From Planctomycetia bacterium (GTDB taxonomy: Bacteria > Planctomycetota > Planctomycetia > Pirellulales > S012-138): DNA of 56,874 nt. Below the pieces are notes generated by a model. The model did not search any database. It saw only the letters and a list, made by a program, of their open reading frames with translations, and was not told where the DNA came from. The stretch lies in the NCBI GenBank assembly GCA_016177915.1, contig JACOUI010000377.1, positions 1 through 56,874 on the forward strand, in the 5' to 3' direction. A program made the translations under genes and the position numbers. Positions 1-8,246 of the stretch are shown here, piece by piece; within the stretch, counting starts at the first letter, position 1; every line of letters begins with the position of its first letter.

Positions 1-5
1 GCACC

Positions 6-152
6 GTAGGGTAGGCGGCCCGCCTGCCTTGCGAAGCGGAGCAAGCGCGGACGGTGCGTTCCCCGGCGGTGCCTGGGAACGAGCGCGAGGGAGAAGAACG
101 GCACACGGAGTGTGCCTGCTACGGGAAAGGCAGGCGGGCCGCCTGCCCTACG
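6..152. repeat. REP-like palindromes: GTAG-GGTAGGCGGCCCGCCTGCC (6-28), inverted GGCACACGGAGTGTGCC-TG-CTAC (100-122) and GGCAGGCGGGCCGCCTGCC-CTAC (129-151)
   Basis: Read directly. Each unit is a GTAG head plus a 7-9 bp stem hairpin. The outer two form an inverted doublet. Confidence 0.8.
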
Positions 153-332
153 AAAAGCGGCGCGCTTCTGTCCGTGCGCGAACAAGAAACCGCCGCCGCA
201 CGAAGGGCTGCAGGCCCCAATTTTGCGAAACCGCGGCCAATTCGGCACCCACCACGTTGGCACGCCGCTTGCAAGACGTTTCTGACCCGCAATCACGAAA
301 ACTGGTTGAGCGCCAACAAATCGGAACAGCGA

Positions 333-1352
333 ATGCCCCGCACGCAAACCTCCCGTCACGCCTTCACGCTCGTCGAACTGCTCGTCGTGATCGCCATCAT
401 CGGCATCCTGATCGCGCTCTTGTTGCCCGCGGTGCAGGCGGCGCGGGAATCGGCCCGCCGCATTTCCTGCCAGAACAACCTGCACCAGTTGGCGATCGCC
501 ATCCACAACTACGAATCGACCTACAGCGCGTTGCCGCCCGGCACGCTGGTGGACCTTTCCGCGTCGGCCACCGGAAACAACGGCGCCTGGGGCGTCCACG
601 GCCGCATCCTGCCGTTCCTGGAGCAAGGCGCCCTGTACGACAAGGTGGACTTGAACACGGCCTGGGACTTCCAGTTGGTCGTCGACAATTTGCGCGTACC
701 CGTCTACGCCTGCCCCAGCGACGAGAAGTACACCTGGACGCGCAACCCCGGGACCGGGAAGCCGCGGCTCTACGCCACGAACTACGGCTTCAATTACGGG
801 ACGTGGTTCGTCTTCGACCCGGCCACGGGCCGGGGCGGCGACGGACTGTTCTTTCCCAACAGCCAGGTGACGCTCGGCTCGGTGATCGACGGGACGAGCA
901 ACACGCTCTTGTCCGCGGAGGTCAAAGGATTTCAGGCCTACAACCGCAACGGCGGACCGCCCAGCACGGCCATTCCCAGCACCGCCGCGCAGGTCGCCGC
1001 CGCCGTGGCGACGGGAGCCGACTTCAAGGCCGACACGGGACACACCGAGTGGCCCGACGGCCGGGTGCACCACACCGGATTCACGGTCACGCTGCCGCCG
1101 GGCACCGTCGTGCCCTACATGAGGAGCGGCGTGACCTACGACGCCGACTACAATTCCTGGCAGGAGGGACGCAACGGCGGAACGGGCCGGCCGACCTACG
1201 CGGCGATCACCTCGCGCAGCTTCCACGCCGGCAACCTGGTCAACGTGGCCTTGCTCGACGGCTCCGCGCGGTCGATCCGCTCGTCGGTTTCTCTGGCCGC
1301 CTGGCGGGCGCTGGGCTCGCGCGCCCAGCGCGACGTGGCGGGGGAGTATTGA
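333..1352 (+). CDS. DUF1559-family protein with prepilin-type N-terminal cleavage/methylation segment
   Basis: In-frame ATG at 333 inside ORF 54..1352. N-terminus MPRTQTSRHAFTLVELLVVIAIIGILIALLLPAVQAARE is a pilin-like methylation motif plus hydrophobic helix. C-terminal FHAGNLVNVALLDGSARSI resembles the H-X9-DG tail of this family. The upstream part of the ORF is REP repeat sequence. Confidence 0.85.
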   Translation: MPRTQTSRHAFTLVELLVVIAIIGILIALLLPAVQAARESARRISCQNNLHQLAIAIHNYESTYSALPPGTLVDLSASATGNNGAWGVHGRILPFLEQGALYDKVDLNTAWDFQLVVDNLRVPVYACPSDEKYTWTRNPGTGKPRLYATNYGFNYGTWFVFDPATGRGGDGLFFPNSQVTLGSVIDGTSNTLLSAEVKGFQAYNRNGGPPSTAIPSTAAQVAAAVATGADFKADTGHTEWPDGRVHHTGFTVTLPPGTVVPYMRSGVTYDADYNSWQEGRNGGTGRPTYAAITSRSFHAGNLVNVALLDGSARSIRSSVSLAAWRALGSRAQRDVAGEY

Positions 1353-1425
1353 GCCGGCGAGCGCAACCGCGTGCGGCGCCAGCCAGCCTGGCAGCTTGAG
1401 CGGCGCCCCGTGCGATCCAGTTGCG

Positions 1426-1626
1426 CCCTCGCTAGCGCTTCGGGTTGGTGTGACGCCCTCGTTGGCGCTTCGGGTCAGTGTAGACCTCGCTGGCGGTGCG
1501 GGTTCGGTGGGTTTTCGGCCCGGCGACAGGGCGCGCGTTTCCGGCTAAACTGACGGCCTGCGCGGAGTTTCCCTCGCTGGCGCTGCGGGCTAGTGTATGC
1601 CCTCGCTGGCGCTGCGGGTTCGTAAA
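1426..1626 (+). repeat. 30-nt direct-repeat family (consensus about CCCTCGCTGGCGCTTCGGGTTAGTGTNN): 3 contiguous units, a 57-nt gap, then 2 units
   Basis: Units start at 1426, 1456, about 1485, 1571 and 1600. Lies between the DUF1559 gene and folC. Confidence 0.85.
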
Positions 1627-1662
1627 TGGCGGCCGCGCGGCGACGAGTCGTGGTGCCGGAAT

Positions 1663-3108
1663 ATGGCTCTTTCGCGCGACGCAGCGATCGAATTCCTGCA
1701 CGGCCGCATCAACTACGAACGCGATCCTGCGGTGCAGTACACGACGCAGGAATTCCGGCTGGCGCGGATGCGCGAGATTCTGGCCCGGCTGGGCGACCCC
1801 GGCGGAAAGCTGCCGGTCGTTCACGTGGCCGGCACCAAGGGGAAGGGATCGACCTCGGCGATGGTCGCCTCGATCCTGACGGCGGCGGGCCATCGCTCGG
1901 GCCTCTACGCCTCGCCGCACTTGCACGATCCGGAAGAGCGCGTGCAGGCGGACGGGCGGCCGGTTTCGGCGGCGGAGTTCGTGGATCTGGTGGAGGCGGT
2001 GCGGCCCGTGGCGGAGGAAATGGACGCGGAGGCGCGCGGCGAGCGGCCGCGGCGGAGCGCGGCCGGGACCGCGTGGGATTGGCTGCCGGGCGGGCCGACC
2101 TACTTCGAGCTGATGACGGCGATGGCGCTGGTCTGCTTCGAGCGGCGCGGGGTCGAAACGGCGGTGCTGGAAGTCGGGCTGGGGGGGCGGCTCGATTCGA
2201 CGAACGTCTGCCGGCCGGCCGTGTGCGCGATCGCGAGCATCAGCTTCGACCACACGCGGCAGCTTGGCGGCACGCTGGCCCAGATCGCCGGCGAAAAGGC
2301 GGGGATCGTCAAGCCCGGCGTGCCGGTGGTGTGCGGCGTGGTCAAGGACGAACCGCGGGCCGTCATCGCGGAGACCTGCCGGCGGCAGGGGGCGCCGCTG
2401 GTGCAGCTCGGAGTCGATTTTGACTTTGAGTATCAGCCGCCACACGAGCTGGGCCGCGGCGAGGGTCATGGGCGGATGACGTACCGCCGGCCGGCGAGCG
2501 GCGACGCATCGCCACGACTGGATCGCGGCCCGTTTGAGCTGGGCCTCTTGGGCCGTCACCAGGCGGCGAACGCGGCCGTGGCCATCGCCGTTTGCGAGGA
2601 GCTGCGCCGCCAGGGCTGGTCGATCCCGGAGGAGGCGATGCGCCGCGGGCTGGCGGACGTGCGCTTGCCGGCGCGGGTGGAAGTCGTGCGGCGGCGGCCG
2701 ACCGTGATCATCGACGCGGCCCACAACGTGGCCTCGGTCGAGGCGCTGGTGCGGACGCTGGACGAGAGTTTTTCTCCGTCGCGGCGCATCTTGGTCTTGG
2801 GGACGTCGCGCGACAAGGACGTTCTGGGCATGCTGCGCGTGCTCTTGCCGCATTTCCAGAAGGCAATCTTCACGCGCTACCTGTTGAACCCCCGGGGCGT
2901 GCCTGCGGAGGAGCTGGCCGAGGCGGCGCGGGGACATGCCACGCCGTTTGTCGTCTGCCCCGATCCGGCGGCGGCCTGGAATGAGGCGGCGAGCGACCTT
3001 GCACCCGACGATCTCGTGTGCGTGACGGGGTCGTTCTTCCTGGCCGGCGAGATGGAGAGGCAAGTGCAAAAGGCAACGTCGAGGGACACGGCATCTCAGC
3101 CCCGATGA
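1663..3108 (+). CDS. folC: Folylpolyglutamate synthase / dihydrofolate synthase
   Basis: ATG at 1663 within ORF 1597..3108 (481 aa). Mur-ligase motifs HVAGTKGKGST, LEVGLGGRLDSTNV and DAAHN. Confidence 0.9.
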   Translation: MALSRDAAIEFLHGRINYERDPAVQYTTQEFRLARMREILARLGDPGGKLPVVHVAGTKGKGSTSAMVASILTAAGHRSGLYASPHLHDPEERVQADGRPVSAAEFVDLVEAVRPVAEEMDAEARGERPRRSAAGTAWDWLPGGPTYFELMTAMALVCFERRGVETAVLEVGLGGRLDSTNVCRPAVCAIASISFDHTRQLGGTLAQIAGEKAGIVKPGVPVVCGVVKDEPRAVIAETCRRQGAPLVQLGVDFDFEYQPPHELGRGEGHGRMTYRRPASGDASPRLDRGPFELGLLGRHQAANAAVAIAVCEELRRQGWSIPEEAMRRGLADVRLPARVEVVRRRPTVIIDAAHNVASVEALVRTLDESFSPSRRILVLGTSRDKDVLGMLRVLLPHFQKAIFTRYLLNPRGVPAEELAEAARGHATPFVVCPDPAAAWNEAASDLAPDDLVCVTGSFFLAGEMERQVQKATSRDTASQPR

Positions 3109-3183
3109 GGATTGGCTGGCTCACGGTGCTTGCCGGACGAAGCGCGGGGGGTATCATGGCCGCTGGCGCCTTCCTTGCTTCCA

Positions 3184-3346
3184 ACACCAACCCGAAGCGC
3201 AAGCGAGGGAGTACCGCCGTCAACGCCGAGACGGAGAGGGCGCTTGGCCCTCGAACATCTCAGGGCGCGCGTGTCGGAACCCTCACTCGGTCTCTCTCTC
3301 GCTTGCGCTTCGGGTTAGTGTCCCTCGCTGGCGCATCGGGTTGGTG
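3184..3346. repeat. Same 30-nt family: one inverted unit (3184-3210) and two direct units (3296-3321, 3322-3346)
   Basis: ACACCAACCCGAAGCGCAAGCGAGGGA is the reverse complement of the unit. The direct units abut the fumC start. Confidence 0.85.
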
Positions 3347-3352
3347 AAACGC

Positions 3353-4843
3353 ATGGCACGGCGAACCAAGGCGCGATCGAAGGTTTCATCCGACGGGCGG
3401 CCCGCCCCAGCGCCGGCCGGCGAGTTTCGCATCGAGAAGGACTCGATGGGCGACGTCCGCGTGCCGGCCCGCGCCTATTACGGCGCTCAGACGCAGCGGG
3501 CCGTCGAGAACTTCCCCATCTCCGGCCGCACGCTGCCGGTGGGGCTCATTCGAGCGCTGGGCCTGGTGAAGTACGCCGCCGCCGTCGTCAACCGCGACCT
3601 GGGCAAGCTCGCAGCGACCGGAAAGAACAAGCTCGGCGCGGCGCAGGTGAAGGCCCTCCTCGCCGCCGCCCGCGAAGTCGCCGACGGCAAGTTCGACGAC
3701 CAGTTCCCCATCGACGTCTATCAGACCGGCTCGGGCACCTCGAGCAACATGAACGCCAACGAGGTGATCGCCAACCGGGCGATCGAGATCCTGGGCGGCG
3801 ACCGGTTCGCCAAGGAAAAGCCGGTGCACCCCAACGACCACGTGAACATGGGGCAGAGCACGAACGACATGTTCCCCACGGCGATCCACGTGGCCGTGGG
3901 CGTGGCCATCAAGGAGCGCCTGATCCCCGCGCTGAAGAGGCTGCACAAGTCGCTGGCGGAGAAGGCCAAGGCCTGGGACAAGATCATCAAGATCGGCCGC
4001 ACGCACCTGGCCGACGCCACGCCGCTGCGCCTCGGTCAGGAGATCGGCGGGCTGGCGCGCCAGATCGAGCTATCCGTCGAGCGGGCCGTGAAGGCGATTC
4101 ACGCCGTGCTCGAACTGCCCTGCGGCGGGACGGCCGTCGGCTCGGGCATTAACACCCACCCGAGCTTCGGCCGCCGCGTGGCCGAGGTGCTGGCCAAGGA
4201 GACGGGCGTCCCGCTGGTCGAGGCGGCCGACCATTTCGAGGCCAACGCCCAGCGCGACGGACTCGTCGAGTGCCACGGCCAATTGCGGGCGATCGCCGTC
4301 ACGCTCTTCAACGTGGCCAACAACATCCGCGTGCTCTCTTCCGGGCCGCGATGTGCGCTCTACGAAATCAAGCTCCCCGACCGGCAGCCGGGCAGCTCGA
4401 TCATGCCGGGCAAGGTCAACCCCGTGATGTGCGAGAGCCTGATGCAAGTCGGGGCGCGGGTGATGGGGAACGACCAGACGGTGGCGATCAGCGGGGCGGC
4501 CGGCGGGCAGTTCCAGCTCAACATCATGATGCCGGTCATGGCGCACGCGGCGCTGGAGAGCGTCGAGCTATTGGCCAGCGGGGCCGCGGCGTTCGTCGAT
4601 TTCTGCGTGGCGGAGATGGAGGCCAACCCGGAGGCCTGCGAGGCGTTCGTCGAAAAGAGCCTGTCGCTCGTGACCGCGCTCAATCCGCTGATCGGTTACG
4701 AAAAGGCCGCGGCGCTGGCCAAGGAGGCCTTCAAGACCGGCAAGACGATCCGGCAGCTCTGCGAAGAGCAGAGGCTGCTCGATTCGGAGACGCTGAAGAA
4801 GGCGCTCGATCCGTGGCGGATGACGGAGCCGGAGAAGGAGTAG
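3353..4843 (+). CDS. fumC: Class II fumarate hydratase
   Basis: Fumarate lyase signature GSSIMPGKVNP; N-terminal EKDSMGDVRVPARAYYGAQTQRA. ATG 3353 is preferred over TTG 3341 because 3322-3346 is still a repeat unit. Confidence 0.93.
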   Translation: MARRTKARSKVSSDGRPAPAPAGEFRIEKDSMGDVRVPARAYYGAQTQRAVENFPISGRTLPVGLIRALGLVKYAAAVVNRDLGKLAATGKNKLGAAQVKALLAAAREVADGKFDDQFPIDVYQTGSGTSSNMNANEVIANRAIEILGGDRFAKEKPVHPNDHVNMGQSTNDMFPTAIHVAVGVAIKERLIPALKRLHKSLAEKAKAWDKIIKIGRTHLADATPLRLGQEIGGLARQIELSVERAVKAIHAVLELPCGGTAVGSGINTHPSFGRRVAEVLAKETGVPLVEAADHFEANAQRDGLVECHGQLRAIAVTLFNVANNIRVLSSGPRCALYEIKLPDRQPGSSIMPGKVNPVMCESLMQVGARVMGNDQTVAISGAAGGQFQLNIMMPVMAHAALESVELLASGAAAFVDFCVAEMEANPEACEAFVEKSLSLVTALNPLIGYEKAAALAKEAFKTGKTIRQLCEEQRLLDSETLKKALDPWRMTEPEKE

Positions 4844-4878
4844 GGGATTTTGGATTTTGGATTGGGGATTTTGGATTG
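4844..4878 (+). repeat. Heptanucleotide tract (GGGGATT TTGGATT TTGGATT GGGGATT TTGGATT)
   Basis: Five 7-nt units immediately after the fumC stop (4841-4843) and 18 nt before the next ATG. Confidence 0.9.
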
Positions 4879-4895
4879 CCGAAGGCGAGGTGGCC

Positions 4896-5957
4896 ATGAG
4901 CAGGTTGTGTGCAACGGTCGTCGCCGTGGTTTCGCTTCTCGCTACGGGCAGCGCAGCCGGACAGGAGAAGACGGCGGCGGGGTTGTTTCGGCAGGCCTAT
5001 GACGCGTCGCAGAAGGCGACCACGATCGAGGATTGCGCGAATGTCGTGGCGCTCTGCGAAGCAGGCCTCAAGCTGCCGTCGTCGCCGGAGGTGACGGCCT
5101 ACGGCAAGCGCCTGGCCGCCTGGGGGCACAACAAGCGCGGCGAGCTGCTGCTCAAGGCAGAACAGCCCAAGGCCGAGGAGGCCCTGGCGGATTTTGAGGC
5201 GGCCGTTAAGTACGATGCCCAGAAACCCAAGTACCTGCACAACCGCGGCGTGAGTTACGGCGACGCCGGCGAGTTGGAAAAGGCCAAAAAAGATTTCGAC
5301 GCGGTCCTCGCGCTCGATCGAAACTTCACGAAGGCCTGGTTCAACCGGGGCGAGGTGCTGGCGGCCCTGGGCGATTACGCCGCGGCCGTCCGCGACTACG
5401 GCGAGGTCGTCCGCCGCGATGGCGGCGACTGGGCCGCCTACAACGCCCGCGGGTACGCGTACTACAAACAGAAGAACTACCAGGCGGCGATCTCCGATTA
5501 TGGCCGGGCCGTCGCCGTCAACCCGGAGTCCCACGAGGCGTACACGAACCGGGGCGACGCCTACGCCGACATCGCGGGCTTTTCGCAGGCGCAGCGCGAC
5601 TATCGCCGGGCGCTGCAGATCGCGCCGAAATCGGCCCGCGCACACCTGAGCGCCGCCTGGTTCTATGCCACGTGCTCGGCGGCGACCTATCGCGACGGCG
5701 CGGCGGCGCTGGAATCGGCGGCGAAGGCGGTCGAGCTTTCGGGCGAGACGTGGCGGTCGCTCGACATCCTGGCGGCGGCCCAGGCCCGCGGCGGAAAGTA
5801 CGAAGACGCGGCCGCGACGCAGAAGAAGGCGATCGCCAAGGCCGAGGAGGCCAAGGCGACGGAGAAGGAATTGGAGGCGCTGCGGTTCCGGCTGTCGCGC
5901 TACGAGTCGGACAAGGCCTACGTCGACGTGGCCCCGGGAACGGCGCAGCCGGAGTGA
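4896..5957 (+). CDS. Secreted TPR-repeat protein
   Basis: ATG 4896 gives signal-like MSRLCATVVAVVSLLATGSAAGQ. Repeated TPR-type A-x-x-D/Y-x-x-A-(L/I)-x-x-(D/N)P segments (NRGVSYGDAGELEKAKKDFDAVLALD, AWFNRGEVLAALGDYAAAVRDY, etc). Confidence 0.8.
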   Translation: MSRLCATVVAVVSLLATGSAAGQEKTAAGLFRQAYDASQKATTIEDCANVVALCEAGLKLPSSPEVTAYGKRLAAWGHNKRGELLLKAEQPKAEEALADFEAAVKYDAQKPKYLHNRGVSYGDAGELEKAKKDFDAVLALDRNFTKAWFNRGEVLAALGDYAAAVRDYGEVVRRDGGDWAAYNARGYAYYKQKNYQAAISDYGRAVAVNPESHEAYTNRGDAYADIAGFSQAQRDYRRALQIAPKSARAHLSAAWFYATCSAATYRDGAAALESAAKAVELSGETWRSLDILAAAQARGGKYEDAAATQKKAIAKAEEAKATEKELEALRFRLSRYESDKAYVDVAPGTAQPE

Positions 5958-6061
5958 TCGTTGGAGCACCGGCTTTGGCCGGGGGGCGATCAGCGGACGG
6001 AGATGGTGCCGCGGCCCGATTGCCGTCGCCGTCCGAGGCCCCAGGTACGGCCGCCTTTGCT

Positions 6062-6091
6062 TTGGCGGCGAGTGATTTGCTGCGGTATAAT
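6062..6091 (+). promoter_or_regulatory. Sigma-70-like promoter candidate for the ParE-type module (TTGGCG-18-TATAAT)
   Basis: Perfect TATAAT at 6086-6091, 57 nt upstream of ATG 6148. The -35 is weak. Confidence 0.35.
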
Positions 6092-6147
6092 CTCAACAGA
6101 CGACAACGGCGAGGGGCGAATGCCGATTGCGATCAGGGAGACGGGCC

Positions 6148-6366
6148 ATGCCGCACATTGTGGTGGACGACGAGCAAGCGAAAACCATTTCGGAATCGAC
6201 GGGGTACGTCGAGATTCGCGATCAACGCGGCCGGCGTCTGGGCTATGTGGCGCCTGGATTCACGGAGGATGAAATCGCGGAGGCGAAGCGACGGCTGGCG
6301 TCCGATGATCCCCGCTACACGACGCAGCAAGTGCTAACTCACTTGCGATCGTTGGAGCGGAGCTGA
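6148..6366 (+). CDS. Putative antitoxin partner of the ParE/RelE-like toxin (family not recognised)
   Basis: 72-aa ORF (MPHIVVDDEQAKTISE...) whose TGA overlaps the ATG of the next ORF (TGATG at 6364-6368). Small size and position are typical of type II antitoxins. Confidence 0.55.
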   Translation: MPHIVVDDEQAKTISESTGYVEIRDQRGRRLGYVAPGFTEDEIAEAKRRLASDDPRYTTQQVLTHLRSLERS

Positions 6367-6617
6367 TGCGATACACCGTCGTTTGGCTCAAGCGAGCACA
6401 AGACGAGTTGGCCGAGATCTGGATAAACGCGCGCCACCGGAACGCGATCGCGGCTGCCGCTTACGCCATTGACGTGCACCTGCAATCGGACGCCGCGACG
6501 AAGGGAGTTGAGGTAAGCGAAGGCCTCCGCCAACTATCCGCGCCGCCGCTTCGAATACTCTTCTCCGTCAGCGACGACGATCGCCTTGTCGAAGTCGCCG
6601 CCGTTCGAGAGGCCTGA
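6366..6617 (+). CDS. ParE/RelE-family type II toxin (short form)
   Basis: 83 aa. MRYTVVWLKRAQDELAEIW ... SEGLRQLSAPPLRILFSVSDDDRLVEVAAV matches the ParE/RelE pattern (A..eL..iw ... G.R.l...pl.i.y.v...d..v.v..v). Confidence 0.6.
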   Translation: MRYTVVWLKRAQDELAEIWINARHRNAIAAAAYAIDVHLQSDAATKGVEVSEGLRQLSAPPLRILFSVSDDDRLVEVAAVREA

Positions 6618-6713
6618 TCACTCCTCACCGGCCCAGCGTCCCGTCAGCGCCGCTGGTGCAGGAGTTGGGCCACGTCGCACGACCAGGCATTTCCCGTGTG
6701 CGCTTCGGGCATC

Positions 6714-6968
6714 TCATGCCCGCAGCGCCCGCGCCTTGGCGTCGATCTCGATCCGCTCGACTCGGCAACCGGCGGTCCTGACGCTTGTGATCGCGGCACG
6801 CAGCGCAGCTTCGAGCGAAGCCGCCCGGCGATGAAAATCGATGGTCACAACGCGATTGCACGAGCCGGGCGAGCCGTCGTCGCAGCCGGCCTCAAACAAA
6901 CGGTCTGCCAGCTCGTCGGTAAGCTCGGTGACGCCTGAAAGGACGAGCGTGAAGTCATAGGTCTTCAT
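6714..6968 (-). CDS. Hypothetical small protein (84 aa)
   Basis: ORF MKTYDFTLVLSGVTELTDELADRLFEAGCDDGSPG...; coding-like composition; sits 31 nt downstream of another small ORF on the same strand. Family not recognised. Confidence 0.45.
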   Translation of the reverse strand: MKTYDFTLVLSGVTELTDELADRLFEAGCDDGSPGSCNRVVTIDFHRRAASLEAALRAAITSVRTAGCRVERIEIDAKARALRA

Positions 6969-6999
6969 GGATCGTGTGCCGGAAGTCTGCGTCGCGTCG

Positions 7000-7248
7000 C
7001 TAATCGTCCGAATGCTGGGAATGCTCTGCGTGGGGGCAACTGTCTACCGCGCGCCGGATATCCTTTGCGTGCGCTTCGGGAACTCGCGGTGTGCAGTAGA
7101 CGGCGCGTCGGCAACCGTCGCGCTGGTGGCGGACACAATACAGCATACCCCAAATGTGCGCCCGCGGACCGGCCTTCCTCAGCCGCCAACCTCGCGCCAG
7201 CGCGTAATCGATGGCTTCACGTATGTGCTTGCTGGGATGGTCGTTCAT
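7000..7248 (-). CDS. Hypothetical small Cys/His-rich protein (82 aa from ATG 7248; GTG 7269 also possible)
   Basis: ORF 7000..7269. MNDHPSKHIREAIDYALARGWRLRKAGPRAHIWGMLYCVRHQRDGCRRAVYCTP...DSCPH. Family not recognised. Confidence 0.4.
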   Translation of the reverse strand: MNDHPSKHIREAIDYALARGWRLRKAGPRAHIWGMLYCVRHQRDGCRRAVYCTPRVPEAHAKDIRRAVDSCPHAEHSQHSDD

Positions 7249-7355
7249 TACGAGTATACCGTCGTCCACTGAATTGTATCAAAGGGACGTGGGCTCCGCA
7301 CTTGGCATTTTGTCCCAGGGATGAGAAGCCGGTTGCCTGCACGGCCGGACCCCGC

Positions 7356-8087
7356 TCAGCCGTCGAAGATGCCGGCGCCGAACTGGCCGCCGTTCTTGGC
7401 GCGGCTGGCGGGCTTGGACTCGCGGTTGGGCTTGTGAGGCCCGCGCGGCACGTGAGGCGGTTGCGCGCTGGGGGGCGGCGGCGGCGGTGCCGAGGGTGGC
7501 TGCACGATTGACGATGGTGTCGCCATCGGCGTGGGGGCCGGAGTGGTTGGCTGCGCCGCGACTGGCGCTGGCGCAGCGGCCGGCGATCCACCTGGCATCG
7601 GCGCCGGCGGCTGCGGCGCCGCCGGGTCCACGCGCCGCGACTGGCCCGCCGATTCCGCTTCCGCGTCCAGGTCCAAATCGTAGTCGTCGTAATGGGGCGC
7701 GTAGCCGGGCTGCTTGGCCCGCTCCATCTCCTGGCGGTAGGCCTCGATCACCCGCGACTGCACCAGCTCGCGGCAGGCGGAGTTGATGGGGTGGGCGATG
7801 TCGGCGTAGAGCTTGGCCCGGCCCTCGTCGTCGCGCGGGGCGCGTTCCTCCTTGAGCCGCAGGCCGCACTGGTTGCAAAAGCCGGCGCGCAGGTGGTTCT
7901 TCCCGCCGCAACGGGGGCAGTGCGACGTGAGCTTGCGGCTGGGCATGGCCACGAAGGGCCCGGCCGAGCCGTCGATGATCTTCAGGTCCCGGATGACGAA
8001 GGAGTTGTCGATGGTGATGCTGCAGAACGCCTTCAGCCGCTCGCTGGGGTCGTCCATGAGCTTGACGCGCACCTCGGTGATGTCCAT
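7356..8087 (-). CDS. spoVG: SpoVG-domain protein with inserted zinc ribbon and Pro-rich C-terminal tail
   Basis: ATG 8087 gives [50 protein letters not shown] ... [14 protein letters not shown] (SpoVG core). [19 protein letters not shown] is inserted in the core. About 130 aa of low-complexity P/A-rich tail follow. Confidence 0.85.
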   Translation of the reverse strand: MDITEVRVKLMDDPSERLKAFCSITIDNSFVIRDLKIIDGSAGPFVAMPSRKLTSHCPRCGGKNHLRAGFCNQCGLRLKEERAPRDDEGRAKLYADIAHPINSACRELVQSRVIEAYRQEMERAKQPGYAPHYDDYDLDLDAEAESAGQSRRVDPAAPQPPAPMPGGSPAAAPAPVAAQPTTPAPTPMATPSSIVQPPSAPPPPPPSAQPPHVPRGPHKPNRESKPASRAKNGGQFGAGIFDG

Positions 8088-8246
8088 GGCCGGCTCCGTG
8101 GATACTCCGTCAGTGAACCTGGCAGCCACGCGGCAGGTTGCGGCGTTCCCCCACCGCGCGATGCTCGGCATCGCGACGATGACGCGCGCCACCTGGCGAT
8201 CCAGTAGCGGCGAACCTCCCTCCGGCACGTTCGGCGCCGATTCGGG

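Noticed and set aside
1426-1626. Possible CRISPR array, given the regular 30-nt repeats.
   Set aside because: The units are contiguous with no unique spacers between them. Copies also occur singly and inverted at other gene boundaries, and no cas genes are in the window.
1432-3069. 545-aa minus-strand ORF antisense to folC. The same class includes 29..1399, 4731..5969(-), 15555..17102, 15848..17212, 16660..18126, 20895..22622, 24236..25315(-), 30590..32086(-), 33874..35919(-), 37192..38988(-), 38088..39674, 39625..41982, 39800..41701(-), 44785..46122, 47029..48351(-), 47430..48971, 50032..51633 and 51662..52822.
   Set aside because: All overlap a gene with clear family motifs in another frame or on the other strand. 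Their translations are dominated by R/A/G/P with no recognisable motifs, which is typical of stop-codon-poor alternate frames in high-GC DNA.
3184-3346. MITE with terminal inverted repeats. The same applies to 15282..15428.
   Set aside because: The inverted 30-nt units flank inserts of similar length, but the internal sequences of the two loci are unrelated. No target-site duplication is evident.
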